Assembly (NCBI GenBank): GCA_050115495.1
Contig: JASFQK010000039.1
Coordinates: 1 to 64,000, forward strand
Direction of reading: 5' to 3'
Length of the DNA stretch: 64,000 bases
Source of the DNA: Phycisphaerae bacterium
Lineage (GTDB): Bacteria > Planctomycetota > Phycisphaerae > UBA1845 > Fen-1342
How positions within the stretch are numbered: position 1 is the first letter of the stretch; the number at the start of each line of letters is the position of its first letter. The translations under genes and the position numbers were made by a program. This document shows positions 1 to 9,622 of the stretch, piece by piece. The notes under the pieces were generated by a model that was not told where the DNA came from, did no database searches, and saw nothing but the letters and a program-made list of their open reading frames with translations.

Positions 1-125
1 GCGGACGCTGAATGGCGCGAAGCTTCTGCCGGACGTGATCGCCAGCGTCCGCTTCATCGACGGAGAAAAACCCGAGAAAGCCGCCGCCTGATCACGACGC
101 CATCAACGACTTTTGACAATAGCTC
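1..125 (+). mobile_element. Right end of IS256-family insertion sequence (terminal IR ...CAACGACTTTTGACAATAGCTC)
   Basis: AT-rich terminal motif ~30 nt after the transposase stop; sequence after 125 is the middle of an unrelated gene. Confidence 0.65.
2..91 (+). CDS. C-terminus of IS256-family transposase (partial, runs off window start)
   Basis: Frame 2 reads RTLNGAKLLPDVIASVRFIDGEKPEKAAA*, resembling IS256/mutator transposase C-termini; followed by an IS256-like end. Confidence 0.7.
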   Translation, partial: RTLNGAKLLPDVIASVRFIDGEKPEKAAA

Positions 126-631
126 CCATCGGGTTGACCGACAACTTCTATGATGACTACGGCGTGGAGCGCTCCAGCCTCTCGGCCAGCGAACCCCTCG
201 GTGCGCATGAGGTCTACGTGGCTGATTTCGTCGGACCGTTCGTGCTGGTCCCGACTCAGGACTTCACCGGCAAGCTCAGGTTAGTGCGATCAGGGGGTAC
301 CCAGACCGGCTACTACCACAATGCCGGGGAGTGGATTCCCATCCGGACGGCTTCCGCGCCCACTGAGGACATCGCCATCCAACTCCACGCGTGGAGCCAC
401 AACTATGCCTTTCAGCATCACGATGTCCGCGCGGCGTTTGACAACTTCACGGTGACGACCGGGCAGGTTGTCTGGATTCCAGAGCCAACGACTCTTTGCC
501 TTTGCATCGCTTTCCTTGCCTGCCTGGTGAGGCGAAGACCGAAGCGAGATCGTGTGCGCAGTGATGCCGTAGTTCGCCGAGGATCTGCCGTTGCACCGGC
601 TACAGCACATCTTCGCGCGGCAGGGCTTTGA
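126..631 (+). pseudogene. 3' part of a PEP-CTERM exported protein gene, 5'-truncated by the IS
   Basis: IPEPTTLCLCIAFLACLVRRR sorting motif; no signal peptide or RBS; ORF start lies inside the IS end. Confidence 0.65.
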
Positions 632-675
632 GTTAGACCGCTCGACGATGTGCCTGTGGATGGCGCACGTCGCCC
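560..675 (+). pseudogene. IS66-family transposase (TnpC) relic
   Basis: *FAEDLPLHRLQHIFARQGFELDRSTMCLWMAHVA matches the IS66 TnpC KYxDHLPLYRQxxIxxRxGxELSRSTLxxW segment; in-frame stop, no flanking transposase sequence. Confidence 0.65.
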
Positions 676-705
676 GACGGTCGGCACAGAATCGTCGCGG
701 ACAGA

Positions 706-796
706 CCGTTGAAAAAGGGGACAGGCACTTCGCCGCGCGCGGTCTCTGCGCACGCCCGCACCGGCTGGGCTCGGAGCCAGTTCCCTCTCTCAACGG
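706..796. repeat. REP-like extragenic palindrome
   Basis: Arms CCGTTGAAAAAGGGGAC (706-722) and GTTCCCTCTCTCAACGG (780-796), 14/17 complementary, with internal GGCTCGGAGCC palindrome. Confidence 0.55.
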
Positions 797-817
797 ACGG
801 CTCGCCGAGCTGGCGGG

Positions 818-1189
818 TCAGTCGTCGATCTTGCGGGTCCGGGTGCGGCGTTCGCGGACTTCGCCCTGGGGCGGCGCGTCGGCGTGGGGATTGTTGCCGT
901 CCCACTCGCCGGTGTCGGCGTCCATCCATTCCTTGCCGAGGACGCGGCCGTCGTCGGCGAAGAAGATCTGGGCGGCGGTATGCCGATTCAGGTCCCCGTA
1001 ATACCAGATGTCGGCGAGGACGGCCTCGGGCTTGCCGAGGATCTGCGTGACGTCCTCACGCTCGTCGACGCCGGGTTGGATCATGTCGAAGCGTTCCCGC
1101 GTGAACTTCTGGGCGCAGCCGGCCAGCACGAGCAGCATGCCACAGCCCAGTAGAAGCTCGACGCAGCGACGGTTCATGCAGCGCATCAC
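818..1189 (-). CDS. Small lipoprotein, BamE/SmpA-OmlA-like fold
   Basis: Lipobox LAGC; IQPGVDEREDVTQILGKP...WYY pattern. Confidence 0.6.
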   Translation of the reverse strand: MMRCMNRRCVELLLGCGMLLVLAGCAQKFTRERFDMIQPGVDEREDVTQILGKPEAVLADIWYYGDLNRHTAAQIFFADDGRVLGKEWMDADTGEWDGNNPHADAPPQGEVRERRTRTRKIDD

Positions 1190-1303
1190 GAGTGTCCTCC
1201 TTGCACACGAGGCCCCACCGCCTGCCTCGGGACGGACGGAGTATACGCGGGACCCGCCCTGTTAGACACCGCCCGACCGGCGAGGAATGGGTCCCCCGGG
1301 GCG

Positions 1304-1347
1304 AAAAAGGTCGGCGGCACCGGTCTGCGCGAACCGGTGCCGCCGAC
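1304..1347 (-). terminator. Rho-independent terminator of the 1471-2292 gene
   Basis: Perfect 15-bp stem GTCGGCGGCACCGGT/ACCGGTGCCGCCGAC followed by a T tract on the minus strand. Confidence 0.8.
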
Positions 1348-1470
1348 TCAGAGGAAGGAGGACGTTCTCCTCGAAGGCGGCGGAGGCTCCCCAACCGCCG
1401 CGAAGCTTACCGCGCGGGCCTCCGTGCCCGCGCTGGTCAGGCCCATTCACCCCACCCCATTTGCACGCGT

Positions 1471-2292
1471 TTACGAACCGCGCGACTTCTCCACGACGTC
1501 GAGCGCCGCCAGAATGCGGGCCCGCGTCAGGGCGATCTGTGCCGTTGTCTGGCACTTCGTGTGGAGGTCGCCGATGACCCACTCACAGTCGCCTGTGCCG
1601 GTGCACTTGGCCGGACAGCCCTTGCTCTCGTCCTTACTGCAGGTGGCGTTGCCGGTCGCCTGCTTGCCGTCGGCCGACACCTTCTTCATGCAGGTGGCGG
1701 GGTCGCAATCCTGGAGCTTGCCGTCACGCATGCACTGCAAGCGGACGCCATCGGCAGCCTTGCGGGCCCCCTGGGCGACGCGCGTGGCGTCGTCCTGGCT
1801 GGTGAACTTGAAGGTACCGACCTGGTACTCGACCTTCTCGTGGTTCTTCCTGGCCATGCTCTTGGCGGTCATCGGGCAACTGACGCACTCCTTGCCGACG
1901 GCGTAGCGGACCGAGGTCAGCGTGGCGAGATGGTCTTCGAGCACCTTCTCGTACGCCTGGTCGGCTTCGGCCTTGTCGGTGTAGGTCTTGTCCGCTACGA
2001 GGTAGGTGATCTTGGACTCATCGTCGCCGGCCATCTCGCGGGCCTGCTTCGGGCACTGCGTGGTTTTGTCGCCGACGCGGTAGGTGATCAGCGGCATCTC
2101 AGCGTCGGCCAGCTTCTGGCCGGCACACTGGTCGGCGGCGGCGGTCGTCTTGTCGCCGGTCTGGCAACAGGTCTTGGCCGTCGTGTCCTTTGTCTCGGCG
2201 GGCTTCTTGTTGCAGCACTGACCGAAGGCGTTGGCGGCGAACGCCGCGGCGAGGACCAACGAGAGGGAAGCTATCCAGGTTCGCATGTTCAA
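1471..2292 (-). CDS. Secreted cysteine-rich hypothetical protein with internal repeats
   Basis: Signal peptide (LVLAAAFAANAFG); GAGG RBS; repeated YxVGxxxxxCPxxA units; own terminator. Confidence 0.8.
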   Translation of the reverse strand: MNMRTWIASLSLVLAAAFAANAFGQCCNKKPAETKDTTAKTCCQTGDKTTAAADQCAGQKLADAEMPLITYRVGDKTTQCPKQAREMAGDDESKITYLVADKTYTDKAEADQAYEKVLEDHLATLTSVRYAVGKECVSCPMTAKSMARKNHEKVEYQVGTFKFTSQDDATRVAQGARKAADGVRLQCMRDGKLQDCDPATCMKKVSADGKQATGNATCSKDESKGCPAKCTGTGDCEWVIGDLHTKCQTTAQIALTRARILAALDVVEKSRGS

Positions 2293-2576
2293 CCTCTTTC
2301 GAGTGTATCTGGTTCGTGGACCGATTTGGCGGCTCCGCCGGCTCCGCCGCCGGCATCTACCGTGTCCAAACCCGGGCTTAGGCCCGAATATTCCGGGATC
2401 GGGCCCGTTCCCGGAGGCCGGCGCCGGCGGCCTGGCTGGCGCAAAACGCGGCGCAGTGTTATAGGACTATTCGTACTATTTTGGTACGATTTCCTCCGCC
2501 CTACCCGGCGGCGGGGGCGGCCCGTACACTGCCGACGACGCCGAATCTGACGGAAACTCAGCCGAAAGGAACGCAA

Positions 2577-3581
2577 ATGCGACACGCCTCGGTCAGTTTG
2601 CTTGCCCTGCTACTCATCTCGCCGGCGGCTCAGGCCTGGGACGCCGACGTGCATCGGACGATTACGTACACCGTCCTGGAGAGCCTCGGCGAGGACGCGC
2701 CGGTGTGGCTGCGGGACGTGGAGACGCAGCACCGCGTCGCCTTCCAGGCGAACCAGGTGGACCGCTGGCGGAGCTCGCCATCGCTGTCGCTCAAGCACGA
2801 GAACGACCCGGACCACTACCTGGACGCCGAGCTGCTGGACCAGTTCGGTCTGACGCTGGAGACCATTCCGCGGCTCCGCGGCGAATATCTGCGGGCGATG
2901 GTCGTGGCCAAGGTGGAGCATCCAGAGAAGATCGATCCGTACGACCCAGCCAAGGATACGGCCCACACGCATGAGTGGCCCGGTTTCGTGCTGCACGCCG
3001 TCGCCGAGCATTACGCCAAGTTCCAGGCGGCGCTGGTGCAAGTGCGAATCCTGGAGCAGCTCAACGAGCCGGCCCGGGCGGAGCAACTTGCCCAGGCGCG
3101 GGCGATCGCCGTATATCACCTGGGCAACCTGTCCCACTTCGTCGCCGACATCGCCCAGCCACTGCACACCACGAAGCACTACAACGGCTGGGTCGGCGAG
3201 AACCCGGCGGGGTATAAGTGGCGCGACCACTTCCACGCGTACATCGACGGTGGCCTCACCGAGACGCACCACCTGGGCATCGCCGAACTGCGGCCGGTGG
3301 TGCAGCGTGACGTGAAGGTCAACGCCGCCGATCCGTGGGAGGACGTGCTGAAGTACTTCGCGCGGTCGAACGCCCAGGTCGAGCCGCTGTACGCCCTGGA
3401 ACGGGACGGGAAGCTCGATGGTCCCGAGGGGCGGGCGTTCGCGCTGGAGCGTCTGGGCGATGCGTCGTCGATGCTGCGGGCGCTGGTGCAGGCGGCCTGC
3501 ACGAGCAGTGCGACGCCGACGGACGAGCAAGTGAAGTCCTGGGTGCGCTACAACGCGTTCGATCCGTCGCGGCTGCCCTGA
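2577..3581 (+). CDS. S1/P1 nuclease / Zn-dependent phospholipase C superfamily protein, secreted
   Basis: Signal peptide ending AQA-W; W..H, HYLD, HFVADIAQPLH and HAYID zinc-ligand motifs; AAGGA RBS before ATG 2577. Confidence 0.8.
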   Translation: MRHASVSLLALLLISPAAQAWDADVHRTITYTVLESLGEDAPVWLRDVETQHRVAFQANQVDRWRSSPSLSLKHENDPDHYLDAELLDQFGLTLETIPRLRGEYLRAMVVAKVEHPEKIDPYDPAKDTAHTHEWPGFVLHAVAEHYAKFQAALVQVRILEQLNEPARAEQLAQARAIAVYHLGNLSHFVADIAQPLHTTKHYNGWVGENPAGYKWRDHFHAYIDGGLTETHHLGIAELRPVVQRDVKVNAADPWEDVLKYFARSNAQVEPLYALERDGKLDGPEGRAFALERLGDASSMLRALVQAACTSSATPTDEQVKSWVRYNAFDPSRLP

Positions 3582-3607
3582 GCAGAGACGGTACGCGCTG
3601 ACGGGCG

Positions 3608-4507
3608 TTAGAGACCGGTGGTCGAGAGCGTGGGGAACAGCGCCGGGGAGCGAGATGCGCCGTCGATGGCCTGGCGGCGTACGAGGGCGCCGGGCGGCTC
3701 GGCCGGGGCCAGCCCGATCACTCGCCCGAAGAAAGCCGCGGCGACGTCTGGCGTGCGTTCGTGGCCGAGACCCTTCAACCAGAACCAGGCAACGTTCGCG
3801 TAGCCGTGGGTGTTGTACCACTCGACGGCACGCTTCGACTCACGTTTACAGATGGCGAAGTCGTTCTGCGTGTTCACGATCAGCACGGGATGCTGCCGTG
3901 AGCGGCCGACCGCGCTCTCATCGAGAATGCTTTCGGAGAAGTTCGACTGCCGGACCGCCAGACAGGTGAAGCGCTCCGGGTAGTGGTTCAGGAAGTAGTG
4001 GGCGAGGTAGCCGCCGGAGGACCAACTTGTGGCGAGCACGGCCCGGCGGTCGGCGGCGGTCGTCGCGAAGAGGTCGTCGAGGATGGCCAGCGTAGCCGCT
4101 TCGTCGCTGGCCAGGGCCGGGTTCACGTGGCGGATGGGGAACTCACCCAGCAGGCTGACCGCGCGCAACTCCGGGGCGACCACGATGAAACCGTAGCGGT
4201 CGGCCTCGGCCTCCCACTCCCGGGCCTGGGCGTAGGCGCTGTCGAAGGGCTTCATGCCGTGGAACGAAACGACGACCGGCCAGCGGCGGCTCGCCCGCTC
4301 CTGTTCCGTGCCGGCGACGTACGCCTGCGGCAGATAGCGCCAGTAGCCGCGTTTGGTGGTCGGTTCGACCTGCCGGGTCAGCTCGCCGCCGCCCCGCGGC
4401 TGGGGCACGGCACAACCTGAGGCCAGCAGCAACAGGCCGAGGATGGCGAGGGCTTGCGCCCGCCGGCAGAATCGGGCGTTCGGTGTCTTGTTTCTGAAGT
4501 CACTCAT
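3608..4507 (-). CDS. Alpha/beta-hydrolase lipoprotein (PHB depolymerase/esterase-like)
   Basis: Lipobox ASGC; PVVVSFHG; nucleophile elbow SWSSGG; D and H (GLGH) triad candidates. Confidence 0.75.
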   Translation of the reverse strand: MSDFRNKTPNARFCRRAQALAILGLLLLASGCAVPQPRGGGELTRQVEPTTKRGYWRYLPQAYVAGTEQERASRRWPVVVSFHGMKPFDSAYAQAREWEAEADRYGFIVVAPELRAVSLLGEFPIRHVNPALASDEAATLAILDDLFATTAADRRAVLATSWSSGGYLAHYFLNHYPERFTCLAVRQSNFSESILDESAVGRSRQHPVLIVNTQNDFAICKRESKRAVEWYNTHGYANVAWFWLKGLGHERTPDVAAAFFGRVIGLAPAEPPGALVRRQAIDGASRSPALFPTLSTTGL

Positions 4508-4651
4508 GCTCGCGTGCTACAACCGTATCGGCAGGTACGTTATTCCGCCATGTGGTGTCGGCGGCGGCGTTCGACGTGGCGAGCGTACGGGGTAACGCGG
4601 CACAAGGCGTTGTCATAGCTATCGTTATGAAGACGAGTATCCTGATCGGCG

Positions 4652-6397
4652 TCACGAATTCTTCGCGGCGGGCTCGGCGCGGAGCAGATGCTCGCGAATC
4701 ATGGCAATCAGTCGGCGGCGGTCGATCGGTTTCGTGGCGTAATCGTTGCACCCCACGCTCAGGCACATCTGCCGGTCCTGCTGCATGGCGTGGGCGGTCA
4801 GGGCGATAATCAGCCCGGTGTAGCCGGCCTGCCGCAGGCGGCGGGTCGCCTCGTAGCCGTCCATGACGGGCATCTGCATGTCCATGAGAATGACGTCGAA
4901 CGGCTGGCCGGCGGCGAGCGCCTGCTCGCAAGCGATCTGTCCGTTGTCCGCCACGGTCACGTCGGCGCCCGATTTGCGGAGCATGTGGGCGATCAGCCGT
5001 TGGTTGTCGGGGCCGTCCTCGGCGAGCAGGATGCGACCGTGCAGTTCGGGGACGGGGGCGGGCTGAGGCTTGCTCGGTTCGGCGTCGGACGCATCGTCGA
5101 GCTTCGGCTCGTTTATCATCTTCACGCCCAGCAGCGATCCGGTGCTGACGGTGATGGAAAAGCGGCTGCCCTGGCCGGGTTCGCTGGTCACGGTGATGCC
5201 GCCGCCAAGTGCCTTGGCCAGACGCATGCTGATACTCAGACCCAGGCCGGCACCGCCGAACTCGCGGGTGGTCGAGGTGTCAGCCTGCTGGAAGGGCTGG
5301 AAGAGGCGGGCGATCTGTTCGGGGGTCATGCCGATGCCGGTGTCGGTCACGTCGAAGCGGAGCATCGGTGTGTGTGGGGCGTTGTCGCCCGGGCCGGGCA
5401 GCTCGAGCCGCACGTCGAGGGTAACGGAGCCCTTCCGCGTGAACTTCACGGCGTTGCTGGCCACGTTGAGCAGGATCTGGCTTAAACGTGTCGGATCGGT
5501 CTGAATCTGCTCCGGCAACGGTCCGGCGAAGTTCACGGTGAAGTCGATCCCCTTCGCGCGGGCCCGCGCGCTGATCGGTATGTAGAGACCCCGGACGACC
5601 TCGAGCGGCGGGAAGGCGACGCGCTCAACGGTCATGCGGCCGGCCTCGATCTTGGAGATGTCCAGGATGTCGTTGATGACCTTCAGAAGGTGTTCGGCGT
5701 TACGCGAAATGGTGTTGAGATACTCCGCGTGTCGGGTGCGGCCGTGCTCGCACTTCTGCGGGCACTCTTCGGCGATCTGGCTGATGTAGCCGAGGATCGC
5801 CGTCATGGGGGTGCGAATCTCGTGGCTCATGTTGGCCAGGAACTCGCTCTTGGCGCGGTTGGCTGCCTCGGCGGCTTCGCGGGCGTCCTCCAGAGCGCGG
5901 TTGATGGCGAGGAGCTCGTCCTGCTGGGCGCGAAGCTGCTCGCGCTGGGCCTGGAGCTCGAGGTTCTGGGCGCGTAACTGGCCGGCCTGGGCCCGCAGTT
6001 GCCACTCGGCGCCGCAGCGACCGCGGGCGTAGCGGATCGAGCGTTCAAGCAGCGCGGCGTCGGTGTACCCCTTGAGCAGGAAATCTGCCGCCCCGGCCTG
6101 CGTCGCCTCGACGTCGGCCTCGCGGTCGGACTCGGCCGTGAGCACGATGAAAGGTGCGGCGCAGTGGTGGCGCACGGCCTGCCGGAGCAGACCCAGCGAC
6201 TTGCGCCCATCGAGACGATACTCCAGCAGGCACACGTCGAAGCCGCCGCGAAGGATGCGGCGCAGGGCCTGACCGTACGTGGTCACGCGCTCGATGGCGT
6301 AGTCCTGGCCGGCGATCTGCTCGAGCAGATCGCAGGTCACCCGGTGGTCCTCGTCGCTTTCCTCGACGAGCAACACACGTATTACGTCACTGCCCAT
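4652..6397 (-). CDS. Hybrid histidine kinase (REC-coiled coil-HisKA-HATPase-REC)
   Basis: [18 protein letters not shown]-box, NAVKFT, DTGIG, GLGL; C-terminal [20 protein letters not shown]. Confidence 0.9.
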   Translation of the reverse strand: MGSDVIRVLLVEESDEDHRVTCDLLEQIAGQDYAIERVTTYGQALRRILRGGFDVCLLEYRLDGRKSLGLLRQAVRHHCAAPFIVLTAESDREADVEATQAGAADFLLKGYTDAALLERSIRYARGRCGAEWQLRAQAGQLRAQNLELQAQREQLRAQQDELLAINRALEDAREAAEAANRAKSEFLANMSHEIRTPMTAILGYISQIAEECPQKCEHGRTRHAEYLNTISRNAEHLLKVINDILDISKIEAGRMTVERVAFPPLEVVRGLYIPISARARAKGIDFTVNFAGPLPEQIQTDPTRLSQILLNVASNAVKFTRKGSVTLDVRLELPGPGDNAPHTPMLRFDVTDTGIGMTPEQIARLFQPFQQADTSTTREFGGAGLGLSISMRLAKALGGGITVTSEPGQGSRFSITVSTGSLLGVKMINEPKLDDASDAEPSKPQPAPVPELHGRILLAEDGPDNQRLIAHMLRKSGADVTVADNGQIACEQALAAGQPFDVILMDMQMPVMDGYEATRRLRQAGYTGLIIALTAHAMQQDRQMCLSVGCNDYATKPIDRRRLIAMIREHLLRAEPAAKNS

Positions 6398-6816
6398 GGC
6401 CCGCTCCTCGCGCTGCGCCGCTGGACGCCACGGTCCCCGGCGAGCGCCCCTCAAGACAGCCGGTCTCCCCGACGGGGAGCCGGTGCGCACCGTGCTGCAC
6501 GACCACGGGTGCGTTCGAACGTCGACTCACACTCCACTCCCTATGCCAGCCGGCGGGCGCAGCACGGTGCCTCGCGAGAAGCAGCCCTCGGCGGGGTCGA
6601 CCCGACAGATCGTGTTCTCATCCTGGAGTGTCATCGTCCAAATCCGCACGGCCGATCATTCGCCGCGCGGGCCGGCACGATGACGGGCGACTGTTATCGG
6701 AAGGAGGTCGGTGCTGCGCCGCCGCCGCCGCCCCCCCACCCCACCGGATGGGTCGATTCCCTCGAACACCATGCGGCCCCGGGCGGCCTGGCGGCGCAGC
6801 CATTTCGACCATCGTG

Positions 6817-8925
6817 TTATTCAGCGCCGGGGAATCCGCCGGCGGGTTCTGCCGACGCTGGCGACGCGCTGCCACTCCGACGTCCGCTAACCACACCGAC
6901 CATCCGGCCCACCATGCTGCGCATGGTCTGCGCCTGGGCGGCGAGCTCTTCGGCGGCCGAGGCGGACTCCTCGGCTCCCGCGGCGTTCTGCTGCGTGACG
7001 CGATCGACCTGCGACACGGCCGTGTTGATTTCGTCGACGCCCTGGGCCTGCTCCTCCGAGGCCCGGGTGATGCCTTCGAGCAGGTCGGCGACGCCGGTGA
7101 TATCGGTGACGACGGTGCCGAGCACGCTGCCCACGTCGGCCGCGACGCGGGCGCCGTCGCGGGCGCGCTCGACGGAGTTCTCGATGAGGCCGGTGACGTC
7201 GCCCGAGGCCGATGCCGCGCGCTGGGCGAGGTTGCGCACCTCGTCGGCAACGACGGCGAAGCCCTTGCCGTGCTCACCGGCGCGGGCGGCCTCGACGGCA
7301 GCGTTGAGGGCGAGCAAGTTGGTCTGGAAGGCGATCTCCTCGATGACCTTGATGATGCGGCTGATCTGCCCGGAGGAATCGTTGATGGCGGCCATGGCTT
7401 CGTTCAGTTGCACGACCGTGTGGTCGCCGGTGTTAGCACCGGTGCGGGCCTTGGTGGCAAGCCCGCTAGCCTGGCGGGCGTGCTCGGCGTTGTTGCGGGT
7501 CATGGTGGCCATTTCCTCGAGGGCGTTGCTGGCCTTCTCGAGCGAGGAGGCCTGCTCACTCGCTCCTTCAGCCAGTTGCTGCGCGGCGGAAGCCACCTGG
7601 GAAGCAGCTTCGTTGACCTGGTCGGCGCCCTCGTTCAGGCCCTTGATGAGCCGGGTAATCGGGCGGGCCACGCCGCGAGCGACGAAGAGGGCCATAGCGA
7701 TGGCCAGCACCAGCAGCACCCCACCGGCGCCCGCACACCAGGTGAGAGCCGTGGCGGTGGCCGCGTCCTGCGTCTGCCTGCCGGCGGCGAGAGCTTCCGC
7801 CGTCTGCTTCTCCATCTGCGTGGCGGCCTCGAAGAACTCGTCTTCATAGGCACCGACGCCGATGACCCAGTCCCACGGCGCGAAGTAGGCGACCTTTACC
7901 ACCTTGTCGCGCGACACCGTATCTCCGGCGTTCTTCCAGGCGTAGCGGGCGTCGCCGATCCCGCCCTCCTTCAGCGCCAGGGCCGTGTCGCAGATTTCCT
8001 GAATGAAGAGATTGCCGTTGGCATCCTTCGCGCCGGAGATGTCCTCACCGTCCCGCGCGCCATCCTTGGAGATCACGTAGTAGCCGCGCGTATCGCCCCG
8101 GGCATTGAGCACGTAGACGTAGCCGCTCTTGCCCACCTTGATCGACATGATTGCCTCTCGCAGTGCGGCCAGGATCTGCTCGGGCACACCGACATACAGC
8201 GCCCCCACCCATTCGCCGTCACTGAGGATCGGCCTATACGCCGTGATGTACCACTGGTTCACAACGTACGCCCGTCCGCGGAACGTCTCCCCCCGCTGCA
8301 GGGCGGCGACGACAGGATTGGGCGTCCCGTCCGGATTGACCGCTGGGATGTACGTCCCGATGGCCCGGGTGTTGTCCGTCTTGGGCACGTTCGTGCAAAC
8401 GCGCAGAATGTCCCCCGCCGAGTTCATGCGCTGAAACACGGTGCACGTACCACCCACGAGGCGCTGCACGTCGTCCACGACCGGCGAGGGCGTGCTGATG
8501 TCGGTATTCGGCGTCAACCAGGTGTCGCCAAGACCCATCTTCGGCAGCGACACGTCCGCCGCTTCGTTCGTGTACTGGTTGACCGCCCGCCAATCGAGCG
8601 TCTCCTCAGCGAAGTGGATCTCGCCGGTCGAACTCAGCACGAGTTGGGCCACGTTCAGATCATGGTTCACCTTCTGCTGGAGCAGCTCGTGCTGGGCCTG
8701 ACACATGTCTCGCACGTTCTCGGCGACGTGCGTCAGGTCCGTCATGCCGGCGTCCACCAGCGCCTCGCGGGCCCCAGCACTGCCCTGCTGCAAGGCATGT
8801 TCGGTCTGCGAGGCGGTCTCACGGAAAGCGTTGTTCGTCTGCCACAGAAGAATGGCGGCGATGACTGCCGCCGGGACGATGGCCAGAACCACTTTCGACA
8901 GGAGGAGCTTGGTCTGCAATCCCAT
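6817..8925 (-). CDS. Methyl-accepting chemotaxis protein with Cache sensor domains
   Basis: Two TM segments; [37 protein letters not shown] signalling hairpin; WDWVIGVG Cache motif. Confidence 0.95.
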   Translation of the reverse strand: MGLQTKLLLSKVVLAIVPAAVIAAILLWQTNNAFRETASQTEHALQQGSAGAREALVDAGMTDLTHVAENVRDMCQAQHELLQQKVNHDLNVAQLVLSSTGEIHFAEETLDWRAVNQYTNEAADVSLPKMGLGDTWLTPNTDISTPSPVVDDVQRLVGGTCTVFQRMNSAGDILRVCTNVPKTDNTRAIGTYIPAVNPDGTPNPVVAALQRGETFRGRAYVVNQWYITAYRPILSDGEWVGALYVGVPEQILAALREAIMSIKVGKSGYVYVLNARGDTRGYYVISKDGARDGEDISGAKDANGNLFIQEICDTALALKEGGIGDARYAWKNAGDTVSRDKVVKVAYFAPWDWVIGVGAYEDEFFEAATQMEKQTAEALAAGRQTQDAATATALTWCAGAGGVLLVLAIAMALFVARGVARPITRLIKGLNEGADQVNEAASQVASAAQQLAEGASEQASSLEKASNALEEMATMTRNNAEHARQASGLATKARTGANTGDHTVVQLNEAMAAINDSSGQISRIIKVIEEIAFQTNLLALNAAVEAARAGEHGKGFAVVADEVRNLAQRAASASGDVTGLIENSVERARDGARVAADVGSVLGTVVTDITGVADLLEGITRASEEQAQGVDEINTAVSQVDRVTQQNAAGAEESASAAEELAAQAQTMRSMVGRMVGVVSGRRSGSASPASAEPAGGFPGAE

Positions 8926-9622
8926 GAGTCTGACTCCGTGTTCGTGTCCCCTGAGCCGGCCACATCGAACGGTATCCCCGCTCCGCAGTCGGCGCAGGAC
9001 CGTCCGCCAGAGCATCGAGGTTGGCCTCGAACCATCCGTATGTGCGGCGCCGGATCACCCCGTTGGGTATCTCGGCAACCGACCGGCGCCCGAGCGGGCA
9101 GCGTGAACGGTGTACGGGACACATCGGTCATTCTGTCCGCCGAATGCCCTAGATTCCCCGAATCATGCGTCGGCTGTTTAAGTCCGATACAAGGCCGATT
9201 TGTTCAGGAAACGCAGGGCGCACGGCGTGTGAATCGAACGGCATTGTCGAGCCACGTCCTCTTCATAGCGTGGCGGTGTATGTGCGGGAGCCGACATGTC
9301 CGGGAACGGCTCTGAGAACAGCGCGTTTCGCAAGACGACGCTTGCCCATTGGGTAGTCCGCGCCAATGCTCTCTATGCAGGAAGGGGCGTGGCTGGAAGA
9401 GCCGTGCCACGCTGGCCAGCCGCGGACGCATGTTTGTATCCAGAATCCACTTATAGTGAGCCGCCCGTGCGTCCGATCCCACATCCGGGGCGTGTCGCGT
9501 CCAGGTGAGTTCGTCCCCGGACGCAGGACGACACGTCATCTCGATCGCGAGTTCGCTGCAAAACAAGGGCCTGTATGCACGCACTGCGAGTGAGCAGCGC
9601 ATGTCGTATCCCGGCCGGACGC

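Noticed and set aside
6154..9315. 1053-aa plus-strand ORF (also 5999..7849)
   Set aside because: Antisense shadow of the MCP and kinase genes; long stop-free antisense frames are expected at this GC; no motifs
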